Assembly: GCA_038207335.1 (NCBI GenBank)
Contig: JBBQZX010000010.1
Coordinates: forward strand, 1 to 64,000
Direction: 5' to 3'
Origin: Chthoniobacterales bacterium
GTDB taxonomy: Bacteria; Verrucomicrobiota; Verrucomicrobiia; Chthoniobacterales; Chthoniobacteraceae
Length of the DNA stretch: 64,000 nt
In this document: positions 45,732-55,663 of the stretch, piece by piece
Layout: every line of letters starts with the position of its first letter
How positions within the stretch are numbered: position 1 is the stretch's first letter
Made by a program: the position numbers and the translations under genes
The notes under the pieces: model-generated
What the model was told of the DNA's origin: nothing
The model's input: the letters and a program-made list of their open reading frames with translations, nothing else
Databases searched by the model: none

Positions 45732-47179
45732 AAAAAGGCGAAGGAATCTACAACGTCGTGGTGATCGGCGCAGGCACTGCAGGGCTAGTGACGGCGGCGG
45801 GAACTGCCGGCCTCGGCGGACGCGTCGCGCTGATCGAGCGCAACAAAATGGGCGGCGATTGCCTGAACTTTGGCTGCGTGCCGAGCAAGGCGCTCATTTC
45901 CTCAGCACGCGCGCTTCACACGATCGGCCGCGCGGCGGCGTGGGGCATAGACGCGGCAGCGCCGGAAATCGATTTCAAGCGGATCGTGGAGCGCGTCCGC
46001 GAGCGGCGGGCAAAGATCGCGCCAAACGACTCGCAGGAGCGCTTCGAGTCGCTCGGAGTCGATGTGTTCCGCGGCGAGGCGCGCTTTCTATCCGCACAGG
46101 AAGTTGCCGTGGACGGGGTGAAATTGCGCGCAAAACATTTCGTGATCGCGACCGGGACGCACGCCGCACGTCCGAAAATCGACGGCCTCGACAGCGTGAA
46201 ATTTTTTACGAACGAGACGATCTTCGACGAGCTCGACGAGAAACCTGAGCGGCTTCTCGTGCTCGGCGGCGGGCCGATCGGATGCGAGCTCGCGCAGTCA
46301 TTTGCCCGGCTCGGAATCCGCGTGACGCTCGTGCAACACGGCCCGCGCATCCTTTCCAAAGAAGACCCCGAAGTCTCGACCCTGCTGCGCGCGACACTCG
46401 AGTCAGACGGCATCGAAGTACTGACGGACTCCGAACTCGCGAGCTTGAAAGGGAGCGGCTCGCGCAGCGGCACGGCTTCGATCGCGAGCGGCGGAGCGAC
46501 GCGCGAAATGAAGTTCGACGCGCTGCTGCTTGCGGCGGGTCGGCAGCCAAATCTCGACGCCCTGAATCTCGATGCTGCGGGCGTGCGCGCGAACAAGCAC
46601 GCGGTCGAGGTAAACGAGTTTCTGCAGACCTCGCAGCCGCACATTTACGCAGCGGGCGACATTACGGGACGCCATCTTTTCACGCACATGGCCGACTACG
46701 ATGCGCGCGTCGTGGTTCGGAATATCCTGATGCCGCTCCAGCTTTTGCGGCAGCGCGCTAACACGAAAATCGTGCCGTGGGCCACCTATACCGACCCCGA
46801 GGTCGCGCGCGTCGGGCTCAGCGAGGAGGAGGCAAAAAAGCAAGGTGTCGGATACGATGTGTATCGGCAGGAAATGGCGGACGTGGACCGCGCAATCGCG
46901 GAAAGCGCGATGTCGGGCTTTGCGAAAGTGCTGACCGCACGCGGAACGGATCGCATCCTCGGCGCGCTCGTGGTGGGAGAGCATGCCGGCGACCTGCTTC
47001 AGCCGCTGACGCTCGCGATGAACTCGGGGATCGGTCTCAGCAAAGTCGCCGCGGCGATTCATCCGTACCCAACATTCGTGGAAATCGAGCGCAAAACCGG
47101 CGACGCCTACAACAAAACCAAGCTCACTCCCCGCGCGAAAAAAATCTTCTCGTGGCTCTACGCGAGGCAGCGGGGCTGA
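45728..47179 (+). CDS. Pyridine nucleotide-disulfide oxidoreductase (MerA/Lpd-like family)
   Basis: GAGTAG, GGDCLNFGCVPSK, GGGPIGCE, YAAGD, YTDPEVA, IHPYPT; no C-terminal Cys-Cys. Confidence 0.9.
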   Translation: MKKGEGIYNVVVIGAGTAGLVTAAGTAGLGGRVALIERNKMGGDCLNFGCVPSKALISSARALHTIGRAAAWGIDAAAPEIDFKRIVERVRERRAKIAPNDSQERFESLGVDVFRGEARFLSAQEVAVDGVKLRAKHFVIATGTHAARPKIDGLDSVKFFTNETIFDELDEKPERLLVLGGGPIGCELAQSFARLGIRVTLVQHGPRILSKEDPEVSTLLRATLESDGIEVLTDSELASLKGSGSRSGTASIASGGATREMKFDALLLAAGRQPNLDALNLDAAGVRANKHAVEVNEFLQTSQPHIYAAGDITGRHLFTHMADYDARVVVRNILMPLQLLRQRANTKIVPWATYTDPEVARVGLSEEEAKKQGVGYDVYRQEMADVDRAIAESAMSGFAKVLTARGTDRILGALVVGEHAGDLLQPLTLAMNSGIGLSKVAAAIHPYPTFVEIERKTGDAYNKTKLTPRAKKIFSWLYARQRG

Positions 47180-47198
47180 ATATCAACGCTCACTTTTT

Positions 47199-47915
47199 AT
47201 GATGAAATGGCTCGGTAAAAACTGGAAATGGATCGCGATCGTCGTCGCCCTGATCGCACTCTCCTTCGCGGCAAAAAAATTTCTGCCAATCGCGGACTGG
47301 ATCCGTTCCCTGAGCTCATGGGTAAAGGATCTCGGCCCTTTCGGCTTCGTCGCTTTTATCCTGATCTACGCCGCTGCGACGGTGCTTTTTCTTCCCGGCT
47401 CCGTGCTGACGATTGCCGCTGGGCTGATCTTCGACAACCTCTTCATCGCCATCGGTGCCGCGTGGACCGGCGCGACCATCGGGGCATCCCTGGCATTTCT
47501 CGCGGGTCGCTACATCGCGCGTTCGAAGGTCGAATCGAAGACCAAAGGCAGCGAAAAATTCGAGGCGATCGACAAGGCCATCGGCGATCAGGGCTGGAAA
47601 ATCGTGGGCTTGTTGCGGCTGAGTCCGCTGATTCCATTCAGCATCAGCAACTACTTTTACGGCATCACGAAGGTCGGCTTTTGGCCGTACGTGATGGCGA
47701 GCGCGGGCGGGATGCTACCCGGCACAGCACTTTACGTTTATCTCGGAAAGGCGGGGAAAGCGGGGCTCGGAGGAGGCTCGAAAGCGCATACGCCGCTCGA
47801 GTGGACTTTCCTCGGAGTCGGTTTGCTCGCGACGATCGGCGTGACGGTCTGGGTCAGCCGTATTGCAAAAGACGCGCTAAAAAAATCGGGCGCAACAACC
47901 GACGAGGGAAAGTAA
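47199..47915 (+). CDS. TVP38/TMEM64 (DedA/VTT) membrane protein
   Basis: FLPGS.LT..AG.IF, GAT.GA..AF..GRY, LLRLSPLIPF...NY.YG, GMLPGT. Confidence 0.92.
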   Translation: MMKWLGKNWKWIAIVVALIALSFAAKKFLPIADWIRSLSSWVKDLGPFGFVAFILIYAAATVLFLPGSVLTIAAGLIFDNLFIAIGAAWTGATIGASLAFLAGRYIARSKVESKTKGSEKFEAIDKAIGDQGWKIVGLLRLSPLIPFSISNYFYGITKVGFWPYVMASAGGMLPGTALYVYLGKAGKAGLGGGSKAHTPLEWTFLGVGLLATIGVTVWVSRIAKDALKKSGATTDEGK

Positions 47916-47928
47916 CGCGGGACGGCGC

Positions 47929-48330
47929 TCAGTAGTAGTACGGTTTCCAGAAATCCGCCGGCGCGACGAGTTCGAGTGCCGCAAACGTGTCGGGATCGAC
48001 TTTCGGCGTTCTGTCGGAAACGAAGGGCTCGTAGCTGTGCCCGAACAAGTCCTGCCCTTGGTAGTAGAGCGGCGTGTCAGTCGGCTTCATGTATCCTTGG
48101 AGATCGGCGAGAGTCGCCACATCGCCGGGGCTTTTCGCCTTGTCAGCCGTCCACATCACCATCGCGTGATCGATCACGCGCAGGTCGTTTAAGATGCGGC
48201 TCGCCTGTGCTCGTTTTCGTGCACGCAGGTAGTTGGGGACTCCGATCGATGCGAGCATCGCGATGATGGCGACGACGATCATGATTTCGACGAGCGTGAA
48301 GCCGCGTCGCAAATGGTTTAAGGATTTCAT
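47929..48330 (-). CDS. Type IV pilin / pseudopilin
   Basis: RRGFTLVEIMIVVAIIAMLASIGVPNYLRARKRAQ. Confidence 0.9.
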   Translation of the reverse strand: MKSLNHLRRGFTLVEIMIVVAIIAMLASIGVPNYLRARKRAQASRILNDLRVIDHAMVMWTADKAKSPGDVATLADLQGYMKPTDTPLYYQGQDLFGHSYEPFVSDRTPKVDPDTFAALELVAPADFWKPYYY

Positions 48331-48362
48331 GGAATGAGTATGAATTGCTGCCCTTCCAATGG

Positions 48363-48378
48363 AGCACACGGCGTTCCG
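48363..48378 (-). promoter_or_regulatory. Weak sigma54-like site CGGAAC-N5-GTGCT upstream of pilin
   Basis: GG-N10-GC spacing exact but several mismatches to TGGCAC-N5-TTGC. Confidence 0.35.
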
Positions 48379-48476
48379 CAAATCTTATATTTCTAGAAAA
48401 TCTCAATCATTAAGCGATTCGTGAACACCGGCAACCACTTGCCGCGTCCCCGCTTTCTCGCTAATTCCCTCTTTGC

Positions 48477-49310
48477 TTGAAAGTCATCCGCTCTCTGCGT
48501 GCCGCTACCATCCCCGTTCCGAGGCCGGTCGTCCTCGTGCCTACCATGGGTGCGCTGCATTGTGGCCACGCAACGCTCATCCGGCGGGCCCGCGCGCTCG
48601 CGGGTGCAAGTGGCACCGTAGTTGTTAGCGTCTTCGTGAATCCCACGCAGTTCGGCCCGACTGAGGATTTTACCCGCTACCCGCGAACTCTCGCGGCCGA
48701 TCGCCGCCTCTGTAAAGCGGAGGGCGCGGACGTCATCTTTCACCCAGCCGCGAGCGCGATCTACCCGTCTGGATTCTCCACTTTCATCGAGGAAAACATC
48801 CTCTCCACCCGGCTCTGCGGTGCCTCAAGACCCGGTCACTTCCGCGGCGTCTGCACGGTCGTCGCGAAACTTTTCAACATCATTCACCCAGACGTGGCCG
48901 TCTTCGGGCTCAAAGATTTCCAGCAGTGCGCAGTCATTTCCAAAATGGTCCGAGACCTCAATTTGTCCGTACGAATTGCCCCAGTCGCCACAGTGCGTGA
49001 GCCCGATGGCCTCGCCCTGAGTTCTCGAAATCGATATCTCTCTCCCGCGGAACGCTCGCAGGCACCAGTGATCCGCCGGGCGTTCCTCGCCGCTGCGGCT
49101 GCATTTTCCAGCGGCGAGAAAAGTTCCGCAAAACTGCGAGAGATTCTCGCGCGTGAAATCGCCAAGGCTCCCCTCGCCCGCGTCGATTATCTCGAACTTG
49201 CCGACGCGAAAACGCTCGCGCCAGTCACCACGGCTTTGCGTTCCACAGTGCTTTTCGCCGCTGTTTTTTTTGGAAAAACACGGCTCATCGACAACCTCCC
49301 ACTCCGATGA
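48477..49310 (+). CDS. panC: Pantoate-beta-alanine ligase
   Basis: VPTMGALHCGH, SVFVNPTQF, YPR, RPGHFRGV, FGLKDFQQ, REPDGLALSSRN, RLIDN. Confidence 0.97.
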   Translation: MKVIRSLRAATIPVPRPVVLVPTMGALHCGHATLIRRARALAGASGTVVVSVFVNPTQFGPTEDFTRYPRTLAADRRLCKAEGADVIFHPAASAIYPSGFSTFIEENILSTRLCGASRPGHFRGVCTVVAKLFNIIHPDVAVFGLKDFQQCAVISKMVRDLNLSVRIAPVATVREPDGLALSSRNRYLSPAERSQAPVIRRAFLAAAAAFSSGEKSSAKLREILAREIAKAPLARVDYLELADAKTLAPVTTALRSTVLFAAVFFGKTRLIDNLPLR

Positions 49311-50980
49311 TTCGCTATGATTACGTCGTCATAGGCACAGGCATCGCGGGCCTCACCTTCGCCCTGAAAGCAGCCACGCACGGCAGCGTCGCAATCGTGA
49401 CGAAGCGCGCCCCCGCCGAGTCGAATACCCGCTACGCCCAAGGCGGAATCGCGTGCGTCACGAGCCCCGAGGACTCGTTCGAACTCCACGTCGCCGACAC
49501 GCTCGAAGCCGGCGCAGGTCTCTGCGACGAAGCTGTCGTCCGCGCGATCGTCACCGACGCACCCGCTCGCATTCGGGAACTGATCGATCTGGGAGTTCAA
49601 TTTGACCACCGATCGCCCAACCCGGGCCAGCCAGACGAGCTCGACCTCGGACGCGAAGGCGGCCACTCACGCCGCCGTATCCTCCACGCACGCGACATCA
49701 CGGGACGCGAAATCGAGGAAGCGCTCCTACGCGCGGTCGCCGGCCATCCGCACATCGAGATGATGCAAAATCACATGGCCGTGGACCTCATCACCTTGCG
49801 AAAGCTCGGCCACGTCAGTGCCGATCGCTGCCTCGGAGCCTACATCCTCGACGAGGCCACAGGCAACGTCCTCACTCTGCGCACCGACCGACTCGTCCTC
49901 GCCACCGGCGGCTGCGGAAAGGTCTATCTCTACACCACCAATCCCGCAGTCGCGACCGGCGACGGCCTTGCGATGGCATGGCGCGCCGGGGCTCGCATCG
50001 CGAACATGGAATTCATCCAATTCCACCCCACCTGCCTCTACCACCCAGACGCCGGTAGCTTCCTCATCTCCGAGGCCGTGCGCGGCGAAGGCGCGCGCCT
50101 CATCGACGCTCGCGGCCAGCAGTTCATGGCCAAATATGACGCGCGGCTCGAACTCGCACCGCGAGACATCGTCGCCCGCGCCATTGATGCCGAGATGAAA
50201 CGCACCGGCGCAAAATGCGTCTTCCTCGACATCACGCACCAGCCCGCGGAATTCGTCCGCGAGCGTTTTCCGAACATCTACGAGACCTGCCTCCGCTACG
50301 GCATCGACATCACCCGCGCCCCCATTCCTGTCGTCCCTGCCGCGCATTACCAATGCGGCGGCGTGCAGACCGATGGGAACGGAATGACCAGCCTGCCCGG
50401 GCTCTGCGCCATCGGTGAAGTCGCTTGTACAGGCCTACACGGAGCCAACCGGCTCGCGAGCAACTCACTACTTGAGGCCGTCGTTCTCGCCGACCGATGC
50501 TCTGCATTGTTTAAACATCGCACTAATGATCAATATTCTGATCTCAAGGATAATGCATCCGATTTTACTTTAGCTTCGGGATCATCTTTCTCAGCAGAAA
50601 AAGACGATTCATTCGACGAAGTTCACATCCCAGACTGGTCCAGCGGGGACGTCCAAGACGTCGATGAACTCGTGGTGATCTATCACAACTGGGACGAAAT
50701 TCGCCGTCTCATGTGGGATTACGTCGGCATCGTCCGAACAACCAAACGCCTCCAGCGCGCCGCCCGCCGATTGCTGCACCTTCAGCAGGAGATCCAAGAG
50801 TCGTACTGGAATTTCAAGATCACCACCGACCTCCTCGAGCTCCGCAATCTCGCCACCGTCGCCGGCCTCATCGTCGATTGCGCCCTGCTCCGCCGCGAAA
50901 GCCGCGGCCTGCACTACACACTCGATTTTCCCGAAGCGGACGAGCAGCAGCGCCGACCGACCACGCTGGAGCGCGCGTAA
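49307..50980 (+). CDS. nadB: L-aspartate oxidase
   Basis: GTGIAG, YAQGGIA, EGGHSRRRILH, QFHPT, LISEAVRGEG, ELAPRDIV, GLHGANRLASNSLLE, MWDYVGIVR, ESRGLH. Confidence 0.97.
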   Translation: MIRYDYVVIGTGIAGLTFALKAATHGSVAIVTKRAPAESNTRYAQGGIACVTSPEDSFELHVADTLEAGAGLCDEAVVRAIVTDAPARIRELIDLGVQFDHRSPNPGQPDELDLGREGGHSRRRILHARDITGREIEEALLRAVAGHPHIEMMQNHMAVDLITLRKLGHVSADRCLGAYILDEATGNVLTLRTDRLVLATGGCGKVYLYTTNPAVATGDGLAMAWRAGARIANMEFIQFHPTCLYHPDAGSFLISEAVRGEGARLIDARGQQFMAKYDARLELAPRDIVARAIDAEMKRTGAKCVFLDITHQPAEFVRERFPNIYETCLRYGIDITRAPIPVVPAAHYQCGGVQTDGNGMTSLPGLCAIGEVACTGLHGANRLASNSLLEAVVLADRCSALFKHRTNDQYSDLKDNASDFTLASGSSFSAEKDDSFDEVHIPDWSSGDVQDVDELVVIYHNWDEIRRLMWDYVGIVRTTKRLQRAARRLLHLQQEIQESYWNFKITTDLLELRNLATVAGLIVDCALLRRESRGLHYTLDFPEADEQQRRPTTLERA

Positions 50981-51046
50981 CGCGCACGTCTCACGGAAGT
51001 GTCATTTGCATGACGGTTCCGCGACATTAGCTTCCGGCTCCACTCC

Positions 51047-52426
51047 ATGCGCGCTCCCCTCGCCCTCGCCCTCTCTCTTTTCATCGTGGCGGTCGCATCG
51101 GCCACCGAATTCCAAGATGTCGCCTCCGGTTTCGGCACCACGACAACGCTCATCGGAACGCATCAAGACACCACCAACGACGATATGGGCTTCGCGAAGA
51201 ATTTCTGGAACGCCTCTTACGAGGGCGCGCTTGCCGCCACCGTCCCGCTTTCCAATCCGCACATCTCAGCCGCCGATGCGCTAGGCAACGTATACATCGC
51301 GGACAAAGCCAGTCATTCCATCCTGAAAATCACGCCGGACGGCCGCATCCATACGTGGGCCGGCACACACGCCGCCGGTTTCAATGGCGACGGCCCCGCG
51401 CTCGCGACGACGCTCCAAATCAATAATCCTAACGGTTTATTCATCTTCCCGGACGGCACTGTCTATCTCCTCGACCCCGGCAATCACCGCATCCGCCGCA
51501 TCGCGCCGGACGGCACGATGGCCACCGTACTGAACGACCCCGACCCGAACTGGTATCCCTCGGGACGCGCGCTCTGGGTCAGCCGGGACCAGAAGCTCAT
51601 CTACTACACGAACGAATACGCGCCCGTCCCGCCGAGCATCATCGCCGATGGAGCTTGCGTAAAAAAGTGGACGCCCACGGGCGGCATCGAACTCGTCTGC
51701 AGCAAAGACGTCGGATTCTTCAACCCCGGCAACCTCGCCGTGAACCCCGCCGATGGAAAACTCTATGTCACCGACCGCGCCGAAGAAGACACGAACAAGA
51801 TGGCACCCGGCCTCTTCCGCATCGACGGCCCCGAGCAGCGCACGCGCATCACCGGGAATATCACCAGTCCCGCCGCCGCCGACGGGCAACTCGCCATCAA
51901 CAGCTTCATCGATCAGCCGCGAGGCATCGCGTTTTTACCCAATGGCTCTTACTTTATCTGCGGCCACAAAGACGGCAGCATATGGTACGTCGATACGGTG
52001 GGCATTCTTCACCTCTACATCCACGGCAAGGGCTCAGGCGACACCTATCTGCTCTCCAACGGCCTGCATCCGCCGCTTGCCGACAGCACCAATTACATCC
52101 GACAGCCGCGCGCGATCACCATCTCGCCTAATGGCAATCTGCTCGTAACCTGCAACGACAGCGGCTTCGTCTTCACGGTGAAAAATATCCTCCCGCCCGT
52201 GCTGCCGCTCGATTTGAAAGCCGCGCAACACGACGCCCAGGGCCTCCACCTCGACTGGACCTCGCCACCCGAGCAGGCCTACGTCGTCGAGCGCACACTC
52301 AGCCTAGCGCCGATCAATTGGCAAATCATTGGAGCCACTTCTGGCAACGGCCCCGGCACAGAATTCACCGATTCCGACGCCAGCTTCTTCGGCCATGCAT
52401 TCTATCGCCTCACCCCACCGAGGTAG
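51047..52426 (+). CDS. Secreted NHL-repeat (beta-propeller) protein with C-terminal Ig-like domain
   Basis: Signal peptide; GNVYIAD, GFNGDG.A....INNP.G, D.GNHRIRRI; C-term Y.VE....L....W...FYRL. Confidence 0.85.
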   Translation: MRAPLALALSLFIVAVASATEFQDVASGFGTTTTLIGTHQDTTNDDMGFAKNFWNASYEGALAATVPLSNPHISAADALGNVYIADKASHSILKITPDGRIHTWAGTHAAGFNGDGPALATTLQINNPNGLFIFPDGTVYLLDPGNHRIRRIAPDGTMATVLNDPDPNWYPSGRALWVSRDQKLIYYTNEYAPVPPSIIADGACVKKWTPTGGIELVCSKDVGFFNPGNLAVNPADGKLYVTDRAEEDTNKMAPGLFRIDGPEQRTRITGNITSPAAADGQLAINSFIDQPRGIAFLPNGSYFICGHKDGSIWYVDTVGILHLYIHGKGSGDTYLLSNGLHPPLADSTNYIRQPRAITISPNGNLLVTCNDSGFVFTVKNILPPVLPLDLKAAQHDAQGLHLDWTSPPEQAYVVERTLSLAPINWQIIGATSGNGPGTEFTDSDASFFGHAFYRLTPPR

Positions 52427-52433
52427 GTCAACC

Positions 52434-52913
52434 TCATCCGCGCCGCTTGTTGAAGCTCGCCTTCTCTCGGTCCATCTCCCGCTTCGTCACGCGCGCCTTC
52501 AAATCCGCCCGTTGATCCCGGTGCTCTTTTCCTTTTCCAATCCCCAGTTCGAGCTTCACTCGCGCGTCCTTCCAATACATCCTCATGGCCACGATCGTAT
52601 GCCCCTTGATCTGAGTAAGCCCGATCAACCGGTCGATTTCACTGCGATGCAGCAGGAGCCTGCGCGGGCATTTCGGCTCATGCTGTGAAAAGCTCGCCCG
52701 AGCGTAGGGTTGAATATCGAGATCGTACACGAAGACCTGCCCGCCCTCGATCCGACCAAACGCGTTCGTCAAATTCGCAAGTCCGCCGCGGATCGACTTG
52801 ACCTCTGTCCCCTTTAATTCGATCCCAGCCTCGAACCGCTCAAGGATGTGATACTCGTGCAGCGCCTTCCGGTTGACCGAAATCTCCGCAATTCTGACCT
52901 TCTCGTCGGTCAT
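52434..52913 (-). CDS. smpB: SsrA-binding protein
   Basis: NRKALHEY, EAGIELKGTEVKSIR, RLLLHRSEI, GKGK..RDQR. Confidence 0.97.
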   Translation of the reverse strand: MTDEKVRIAEISVNRKALHEYHILERFEAGIELKGTEVKSIRGGLANLTNAFGRIEGGQVFVYDLDIQPYARASFSQHEPKCPRRLLLHRSEIDRLIGLTQIKGHTIVAMRMYWKDARVKLELGIGKGKEHRDQRADLKARVTKREMDREKASFNKRRG

Positions 52914-52955
52914 TCAAACGCGCCCACCGCGGGCCTTTTCTCGGAACGGAGCCCG

Positions 52956-53180
52956 CTACGCGGCACCGTTTGCAGAAGCCGGAGCTTCCGGCATTTCAAA
53001 CTGCAATTTTCCCTCGACGATCTCCCGCAGCGCGATATCGAGAAACCCCATCCGCGGGCCGGTTTCCACAAGCGGGCGATGCCCGACTTGAAGCTGCCGA
53101 ACACGTTTTGAAACGACATTGACCAGAACTTGTTGATTGGGAATCACCTTGAGAGCGTCGTCGAGAAAAGAGCTGGTCAT
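52956..53180 (-). CDS. rpoZ: RNA polymerase omega subunit
   Basis: LVNVVSKRVRQL..G..P......DIALREI..GK. Confidence 0.88.
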   Translation of the reverse strand: MTSSFLDDALKVIPNQQVLVNVVSKRVRQLQVGHRPLVETGPRMGFLDIALREIVEGKLQFEMPEAPASANGAA

Positions 53181-53216
53181 AAATTGTGCAAACACGGCCG
53201 GAAAAATGGAACGCGG

Positions 53217-53245
53217 AATCTGGAGGCGAACCCCTCCGTTGTCAA
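53217..53245 (-). promoter_or_regulatory. sigma70-type promoter TTGACA-N17-CAGATT for rpoZ-smpB
   Basis: Perfect -35 at 53245-53240, 17-nt spacer, -10 at 53222-53217. Confidence 0.6.
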
Positions 53246-53283
53246 CCTGAGTTTCCGACTATTTTTAAAGCGGCGGTCGCCCT

Positions 53284-53736
53284 CTAATTCCGCTTGCGCA
53301 GGGTGATCCGTTTCAGCCGCGCGCTGTCGGGCGGACTCCACGTCATCACTTCAGGGTCGTCCTTGAACGCGTTGTGCACGATCCGCCTTTCGTATGCGTT
53401 CATCGGATCGAGCTGAAACGCACGCCCCGTTTTCCTCACGATCTCCGCGAGCTGCCGCACGCGATGCGCCAGCCCGTCGTCCTGCATTTCACGCCAATGC
53501 TCGACATCCACCTGCACGCGCGGCGACTCCTTGTCCTTCGCCTGCAACATCCGGTTCAGCAAAAGCTGTATGTCATCGAGAAGCTCGCCGTTGCGCCCGA
53601 TGAGCGTTTCTTTTTCCGCCGTATAGACCTGCAGCGTGAGCCCGTGCTCGTGCTCGAATTCCTTGATCTCGCACACAAAGCCCAACAGGCCGAGCATCGA
53701 GTCGAGGACTTCTTTCGGATTCAGGCGGGTGCTCAT
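53284..53736 (-). CDS. jag: Jag/KhpB family KH-R3H RNA-binding protein
   Basis: LIGRNGE.L..IQ.L.N (KH), PMNAYERRIVH (R3H); follows yidC. Confidence 0.9.
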   Translation of the reverse strand: MSTRLNPKEVLDSMLGLLGFVCEIKEFEHEHGLTLQVYTAEKETLIGRNGELLDDIQLLLNRMLQAKDKESPRVQVDVEHWREMQDDGLAHRVRQLAEIVRKTGRAFQLDPMNAYERRIVHNAFKDDPEVMTWSPPDSARLKRITLRKRN

Positions 53737-53750
53737 AAAATGGCGAACGC

Positions 53751-55577
53751 TCAGCCTCGCGGCTTCTTTTTCGTCGGCGCGGAAACTTTCACCGGCACGG
53801 GCGTGGTGCGATTTCGAGTCGCGTAAAGTTGAGCGATCGAAAAGAGATTCTGCACCGTCCAGTAAAGGGCAAGCGCGGAAGCAAAGTTGTAGCAAAAATA
53901 GACGAACATCAGCGGCATGAACATGAAGATGCGCTGCTGCGTCTGATCGCCGGATTTCGGCTGAATCGCCATCTGCCAAAACATCGTTCCTGCCATGCAC
54001 AACGGCAGCACATTGATCGGAACGGTCCCGAGATGCGCGACCGTATCCGGCTGTGAAAGATCATGAACCCACCAGAGAAATCCGCTGTTTCGCAGCTCCA
54101 CCGCTTTTCCCAACATGCTGTAAAAGCCGAAGAAAATCGGGATTTGCACGACCATCGGCAGGCATCCGCTGAGCGGGTTGATGTTGTAATCTTTATAGAG
54201 CTTCATGAGCTCCGTGTTCATCCGCGTAGGGTCGTCTTTGTACTTTTCGCGCAGCTCCGTCATCTTCGGCTGGAGCGCCTGCATCCGCTTCATCGAGGTC
54301 GTCGCTTTATTTTGCAACGGCCACATGAGGCTTTTAATGACGAGCGTGAGGACGATGATCGCGAGCCCGTAACTCCCGAGCCACGCACGCAACATGTTCA
54401 TGGAATTCAACAGGGTCTTGCTCACGATGCTGAACATGCCGAAGTCCATGATGTCGGCCTCCTGATTGCCGAGCGCCACGAGGCGGCGGTACTCGCGCGG
54501 GCCGGTGTAGATGTCGAAGGATTGCGTCGCCGACTGCCCTGCAGCCAGCGTGAAGCCAGGCATTCCGATCGCGCCCTCGATCCCGTGACGCTCGCCTTTT
54601 TGCCCGACCGTGGAGCGTCCCGCGCCGCTCCACGCGTCGTCGGAAATCACGAAACGCTGCGACCACACGCGATTACCGCGCTGCTTCGCGAGCACATCGC
54701 TGCTCGCTTTTTCATCCGCAACCGGGCTCACGATCGAGGTGAAATACTGGTTCGTCACGCCGGCCCAGCGGACGTTGTCCGTCGCGTCGGTATAGACCGG
54801 CTTCGGCGCGGATTTGAACATCAGGAATCCGCTTCCGCCGAACCAGCTCACGTTCACCGATTTGTTGCCGCCATTTCGGTAATAATCGAACCCCGTGTAA
54901 ATCTCCTGGTCGCGCGTGTGGATCGGCGCAGCGGAGCCTGTTTCGACAAAATATCCATTCGCAAGCGGAAGCGGCGCGGAACCGTGATTGGTCAACGTCA
55001 CATCGAGTCGCACGAGATATTCCTGACGAAGCTTCTCCTCGTCGCTCAGACCATCGAGCTTCGGCAGCGTGAATTTTTTGCTGATCTGAAGCTCCCGCGC
55101 GTCCGTGTGCTCGAAGCGAATTTCGCCCGTTGCCACATCGACGGTTTGGGTGAAGGCAACATTCGTCCCCTCGCCCGCGATCTCGGTCGTCGCACCGATC
55201 GGCGTCGGTCCGAATTCATTCAGCACGACATTGTCGCCGTTCTCCGCGTTGTGCTTTTTCAGCACCGCACGGGCGAGTCCGCCGCCGAGATTTGTAAAAG
55301 TGTAATCCACAGACGGAGTGGAAAGGTTCTCCAGCGTCGCGGGCTCCTCCGGGCTGGAAGCCGGCTTGGGGGCTTGATCCCCAGACGGCGCGACCGCCGG
55401 CGCAGGTGCATCCGCGGGCGCGGCGACCGGCGCTTCCACGGGAGCATTCGCGGCGGCGATGAGCGCGGCTTCCTGCTGCAGGCGCGCAGCCTTTTGCGAT
55501 TCGTGCGTGGTGTAAATCTGCCACGCCATGAGGCCCAGAACGGCGAGGACGACTCCGATGATTCCTTTGCGATCCAT
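53751..55577 (-). CDS. yidC: Membrane protein insertase
   Basis: N-term TM, FTNLGG, YG.AII.LT..IK, SMKRMQALQPK, NPLSGCLPM..QIPIF, DLSQPD, LALYW.V.N. Confidence 0.97.
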   Translation of the reverse strand: MDRKGIIGVVLAVLGLMAWQIYTTHESQKAARLQQEAALIAAANAPVEAPVAAPADAPAPAVAPSGDQAPKPASSPEEPATLENLSTPSVDYTFTNLGGGLARAVLKKHNAENGDNVVLNEFGPTPIGATTEIAGEGTNVAFTQTVDVATGEIRFEHTDARELQISKKFTLPKLDGLSDEEKLRQEYLVRLDVTLTNHGSAPLPLANGYFVETGSAAPIHTRDQEIYTGFDYYRNGGNKSVNVSWFGGSGFLMFKSAPKPVYTDATDNVRWAGVTNQYFTSIVSPVADEKASSDVLAKQRGNRVWSQRFVISDDAWSGAGRSTVGQKGERHGIEGAIGMPGFTLAAGQSATQSFDIYTGPREYRRLVALGNQEADIMDFGMFSIVSKTLLNSMNMLRAWLGSYGLAIIVLTLVIKSLMWPLQNKATTSMKRMQALQPKMTELREKYKDDPTRMNTELMKLYKDYNINPLSGCLPMVVQIPIFFGFYSMLGKAVELRNSGFLWWVHDLSQPDTVAHLGTVPINVLPLCMAGTMFWQMAIQPKSGDQTQQRIFMFMPLMFVYFCYNFASALALYWTVQNLFSIAQLYATRNRTTPVPVKVSAPTKKKPRG

Positions 55578-55663
55578 GAATTTTTAGCGGAGTTGAAAAA
55601 CCTCGGAGCGCGAGGCTCGGAGCGTGTCGGGTGTGTGATGTGGCTGCATGAAAATTTGTGCTG

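Noticed and set aside
45728..47179. Mercuric reductase merA
   Set aside because: No C-terminal Cys-Cys pair, no NmerA domain and no mer operon genes.
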